Below are positions 26,747-30,123 of a stretch of 30,123 nucleotides of DNA, one piece after another (position 1 is the first letter of the stretch; every line of letters begins with the position of its first letter). Source of the DNA: a virus (taxonomy: Duplodnaviria > Caudoviricetes); the IMG/VR virus record IMGVR_UViG_3300032295_003038, positions 1-30,123 of that record, one strand, 5' to 3'. The position numbers and the translations under genes are program-made. The notes beneath the pieces were generated by a model that saw only the letters and a program-made list of their open reading frames with translations, did no database searches and had not been told where the DNA came from.

Positions 26747-28606
26747 CTAACTAGGATTTATTATATTCTCTACAGCTCTTATTCTTGCAATAAGACCCGC
26801 CTTTATTGAATCTTCGTTTTCAACTAGTTCGTATGGTTCTGAATTTAAAAGCATTACTGCTGTCCATGCAGACTGAAGATCACTTAAAGATTGTGTTTGT
26901 TCCAAAAGAGCAACTGCGTCTGAAGCCTCTTGTATGTATCTTTCTTCATTAACTACAGAGTCATAAAGAGCCATTAAAGCTTCAGTTAAATCTTCTCCTG
27001 GAGCAGTTACAGCATATTGCTTAATGTGTTCTAAAGGCTGAGAATCGTGAACAAGTATGTCTCCTTCAATAAAGAAAACATCATAAGGCTCTACGTTAAT
27101 ACAAACAACTAGCTCTCTTTGAGCTAAAACTTGTATAGAACTTATTGGAACCCAATCTAGTTCTGCTTGAGACCAAAGTAGGTCTGTATCTAGCATATCA
27201 GTAACTCTTTCAAATTTTACTACATCTATGCCATTCTCTTGTCTTTTTATTAAAATATAGTGTGTATCTGAAAACTTTGATCCATTTATAACATAAACTT
27301 CATCTACGAAATAGGCTGTTAGCCCCATTACTGTAGTTTCTTTATCTGTATTTACAGAAATGTTTGAGCTTGACCAACCGTATTGAAATGAATTTAAAGT
27401 AGATCCAGAATCTAAATCTGTAATATCAGCAGAATAAAGAACATCTCCAACTTTTAGGCTGATTGCTGGAACAAGTCCCTCTGGGTCTTTTAGCTTTATC
27501 AATGTATTTGAAGATACGGACTTATATCCCTTAACAAACGGCGTAAATCCAAATGGCGTGAATCCGAATGGCGTGAATCCGAATGGCGTGAATCCGAATG
27601 GCGTGAAACCGAATGGCGTGAAGCCAAAAGGTGTGAAGCCGAAAGGTGTGAAGCCGAATGGCGTGAAGCTAAATGGTGTGAAGCTAAATGGAGTTGTTGT
27701 AATTTGATTTGAGTTTGAAGATCTTGCTGAGGTTCCATTTGCATTTATTGCTTCAACATTAAAATACCAAACAAAGTTGTTTGCTTGTCCTGTAAAGTCA
27801 GCAGTAGTTCCTCCAGTATTTATTGAGTCTGGAGCATTTCCTCCGTTGTCAAAAACATTGTAGCTTGAGATTGCCTTTCCACCATTTGATGGAGCAGACC
27901 ATGATGCACGATTATTATTTTGACCGTTATTTACAGCAGATAATCCAGTTGGTGCTGCTGGAACTGTTGTGATTGTAACAGAAGCGGTTGCAGATGATGA
28001 TTCAGACCATCCATTTGCATTATAGACTCTACCAGTAAATGTATATCCAGTAGCAGAAGCCATTCCAGCTGGTGTAACTGGGCTAGACCCATTAGTGGTT
28101 TCAGACAATCCGCTTGGAGTAGCTCCATAATTTGATATTACTTTACCTCCAGTTGCACGAGATGTAACTGTAACAGTTGCTGATCCATTATTAAATGGTC
28201 TACCAGTTCCAACATCTACGGCAGAAACCGTTGGTGACTGTGGAACAGTTGTAACTACAAGTGGGGATGTCGCAGTTGTTGGAGCAGAATTTCCAGAAGC
28301 ATTTTTTGCTACAATTTTTATCTTTACATCGTTTCCTCCAGTTATTCCACCAAGTGTGTAGCTAGGAGTTGACGATCCTGTATTTACTGTAACTTCGGAA
28401 GCACAAACTCCTTGGTTGCATAATTCATAAATTACATCATAGCTAGTAGCTGCAGGAGAATCTGCTGGTAGTGTCCATGAAATATTAACCGCACCATTAG
28501 TATAAGACCTGTTAAGTCCAACATCTGTTACTGTTACATTTGTTACTGTTTTTGGTGCCAAGAAGTCGTTTGCCGACTGACTCATTCTACCTGCTTGCTT
28601 TGACAT
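26747..28606 (-). CDS. Fibronectin type III repeat protein with (TPFGF)n repeat, Hint domain and helical C-terminus
   Basis: Three FN3-like units (ISWTLP, YTFTGRVYNANGWS, SWSAPSNGGKAISSY..VEAINANGTS), repeat at aa 305-357, Hint domain at aa ~363-521; AGGGGA RBS. Confidence 0.85.
   Translation of the reverse strand: MSKQAGRMSQSANDFLAPKTVTNVTVTDVGLNRSYTNGAVNISWTLPADSPAATSYDVIYELCNQGVCASEVTVNTGSSTPSYTLGGITGGNDVKIKIVAKNASGNSAPTTATSPLVVTTVPQSPTVSAVDVGTGRPFNNGSATVTVTSRATGGKVISNYGATPSGLSETTNGSSPVTPAGMASATGYTFTGRVYNANGWSESSSATASVTITTVPAAPTGLSAVNNGQNNNRASWSAPSNGGKAISSYNVFDNGGNAPDSINTGGTTADFTGQANNFVWYFNVEAINANGTSARSSNSNQITTTPFSFTPFSFTPFGFTPFGFTPFGFTPFGFTPFGFTPFGFTPFGFTPFGFTPFVKGYKSVSSNTLIKLKDPEGLVPAISLKVGDVLYSADITDLDSGSTLNSFQYGWSSSNISVNTDKETTVMGLTAYFVDEVYVINGSKFSDTHYILIKRQENGIDVVKFERVTDMLDTDLLWSQAELDWVPISSIQVLAQRELVVCINVEPYDVFFIEGDILVHDSQPLEHIKQYAVTAPGEDLTEALMALYDSVVNEERYIQEASDAVALLEQTQSLSDLQSAWTAVMLLNSEPYELVENEDSIKAGLIARIRAVENIINPS
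27044..27520 (-). other. Hint (intein/Hedgehog-like) autoprocessing domain
   Basis: Block A SVSSNTLI, LKVGDVL, block B FSDTHYIL (His codon 27260-27262), blocks F/G VVCINVEPYDVFFIEGDILVHD followed by Ser; no homing endonuclease. Confidence 0.8.
27536..27694 (-). repeat. 15-bp coding tandem repeat: (TPFSF)2(TPFGF)8 TPF
   Basis: 10 full units plus a partial unit; differences between units are mostly synonymous third-position changes. Confidence 0.97.
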
Positions 28607-28630
28607 ATTTATATTCCCCTTTAATTTATA

Positions 28631-30123
28631 TTATAGTGCTAAATCGCCGAATACTAACCATCCAGCTGCAGTTTTCATTGCTGTTACAACTGAGTTTGTT
28701 GTTCTAAACTTCAAACCTGGTGTTCCAACAACTCCGTTTGTTGATTCAAACCGTGCACCAGTTGATGATTCCTGGTAGAAATCAATTGACTGTCCAGTTG
28801 AATATCCAGATGATGGAAGAGTAATTACTACTGCTCCAGTTAGAGGAATCAATTGATCTGCCCGTCCTGTTGCAAGTGAGTGGGCTCCTGCTGCTATTGC
28901 AGTTGGAATTGTGGTAATAGAAGGAACGCCAGCCTTTGTCTGTGTACCATCTGTAAATGCTACTCCAGATGCTGCAACTGTTACTGTTCCAGTAAATGTT
29001 GGATTTGCAATTGGTGCTTTTAGATTTACATTTGTAATTGTTTCGTATGTTGTAGAGGCTGTTGCTGTAGCAAGCTTGGCGTCTAACTGAGTCTGAATAT
29101 TTGATGATACGTTATTTAGGTATTGAAGCTCTGTATTTGAAACATCTCCAATTGTTGCAGAAGACGCTGTAAATCCAGCTACTTCTAAGTCATCTAATGA
29201 ACCTTGTGTAAAGTCTACTGTTGTTGAAGGCTCTGTTGTTACACCCTTAAATAACTTCCACTTGGCATCAGATACGTCTCTTACAAGACCTGCGTGCTTT
29301 GCTGCGCCATCATTGTATCCAACTACAAGACCAAGGTCAACTGTGTTTGCTGCATTTTGATGAGCAAGCTGGAGCATGTTATCTTCAATTGTAATAGATG
29401 TTGCTGATGCAGAAAAGTTTGTTCCGTTTACAGTAAAATCTCCGTCTACAACTAAGTTTCCGTCCATCTCTACGTTTCCTGTAAATGTTGCACCAGATAG
29501 TGAAGCTTTAGCTGCTAAATCTGTAGTTAAGTCTGCAATCTTAGACTGAGCAATTGCTGCTGAAGCATTAATGTCTGCGTTTACAATTGTTCCATCTGCA
29601 ATTTTTGCTGAAGTTACGGCGCTATCTGCAATTTTTCCTTCAGTAACTGCTAGATCAGCAATCTTTCCAGTAGTTACTGCAAGTCCACCGATTTCATTAG
29701 TTCCGACTGAGTCGTCACCCATCATTGATTGTGATATTGTGTTTGCAGGAAGAGTTACTGTTCCTGTAAATGTTGGTGAATCTAGATTTGCCTTAAGGTC
29801 AAGTGCTGTTTGAGTTGCAGCTGAAACTGGCTTGTTAGCATCTGAAGTATTATCAACATTTGCAAGACCTACTGAGGTTTTTGTTAGTGCTGCAACTGCT
29901 GTTGATACTGCTCCGTCCGCATAAGTTTTTGTTGCAAGTGCTGCTGTGTCAGCAATTCCGTGGACATTTGTAGTATCATCATTATGTGTTGATACTGCTG
30001 TTGCAATATCGGTTGCCACAGTTGCGCTTAATGCAAGGGCTGCTGTGTCTGCAATGCCGTGAACGCTTGTGGTGTCTGAAGTATGCATTGAAATTGCTGA
30101 TGCAATATCAGTTGCGACAGTTG
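28631..30123 (-). CDS. Tail-fibre-like virion protein, 5' end outside the window
   Basis: Frame stays open upstream of ATG 30088 (TVATDIASAISMH). Contains VHGIADTAALA repeats, VGLANVDNTSDANKPVS, KAxLxSPTFTGTVT repeats and 10-aa VTxxKIAD repeats typical of trimeric fibres. Confidence 0.8.
   Translation of the reverse strand, partial: TVATDIASAISMHTSDTTSVHGIADTAALALSATVATDIATAVSTHNDDTTNVHGIADTAALATKTYADGAVSTAVAALTKTSVGLANVDNTSDANKPVSAATQTALDLKANLDSPTFTGTVTLPANTISQSMMGDDSVGTNEIGGLAVTTGKIADLAVTEGKIADSAVTSAKIADGTIVNADINASAAIAQSKIADLTTDLAAKASLSGATFTGNVEMDGNLVVDGDFTVNGTNFSASATSITIEDNMLQLAHQNAANTVDLGLVVGYNDGAAKHAGLVRDVSDAKWKLFKGVTTEPSTTVDFTQGSLDDLEVAGFTASSATIGDVSNTELQYLNNVSSNIQTQLDAKLATATASTTYETITNVNLKAPIANPTFTGTVTVAASGVAFTDGTQTKAGVPSITTIPTAIAAGAHSLATGRADQLIPLTGAVVITLPSSGYSTGQSIDFYQESSTGARFESTNGVVGTPGLKFRTTNSVVTAMKTAAGWLVFGDLAL

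Noticed and set aside
27044-27520. Hint domain as a mobile selfish intein
   Set aside because: No homing endonuclease, not inserted in a conserved enzyme motif, and non-canonical termini; it looks like a domesticated processing domain.
27536-27694. 15-bp tandem repeat as a CRISPR array or DGR template
   Set aside because: No spacers, period is a multiple of 3 with synonymous variation inside a long ORF, and no cas or reverse transcriptase gene is present in the window.
27499-27744. 81-aa alternative-frame ORF with SRHSD repeats
   Set aside because: By-product of the TPFGF repeat; variation is synonymous in the TPFGF frame and non-synonymous in this one; no RBS seen.

Overview
The window is part of a tailed dsDNA (siphovirus-type) phage genome, with every credible gene on the minus strand. 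In transcription order (right to left): a 5'-truncated tail-fibre-like gene; an FN3 protein carrying a (TPFGF)x10 repeat and a Hint domain; an AT-rich block of 11 genes for putative modifying enzymes (GNAT, DUF6065-like, 2OG-Fe(II) oxygenases, GT60-like glycosyltransferases); a LamG protein; portal; prohead protease/scaffold; major capsid; head-tail joining proteins; major tail; a tail assembly chaperone with a -1 frameshift site; and a tape-measure gene of at least 2829 codons that runs off the left edge and is missing from the ORF track. Two candidate novel systems stand out. (1) A phage-encoded protein-tailoring cassette: a Pro/Phe repeat fused to a self-processing Hint domain, next to prolyl-hydroxylase-like and Hyp-GlcNAc-transferase-like enzymes. 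(2) A modular tape-measure protein carrying an R-S-E ADP-ribosyltransferase plus CHAP and LysM domains between repeated GG-containing boundary motifs. CHAP/LysM, extended -10 promoters and apparently leaderless genes suggest a Gram-positive, probably actinobacterial, host (inference). All family calls come from motif recognition by eye; no searches were run.
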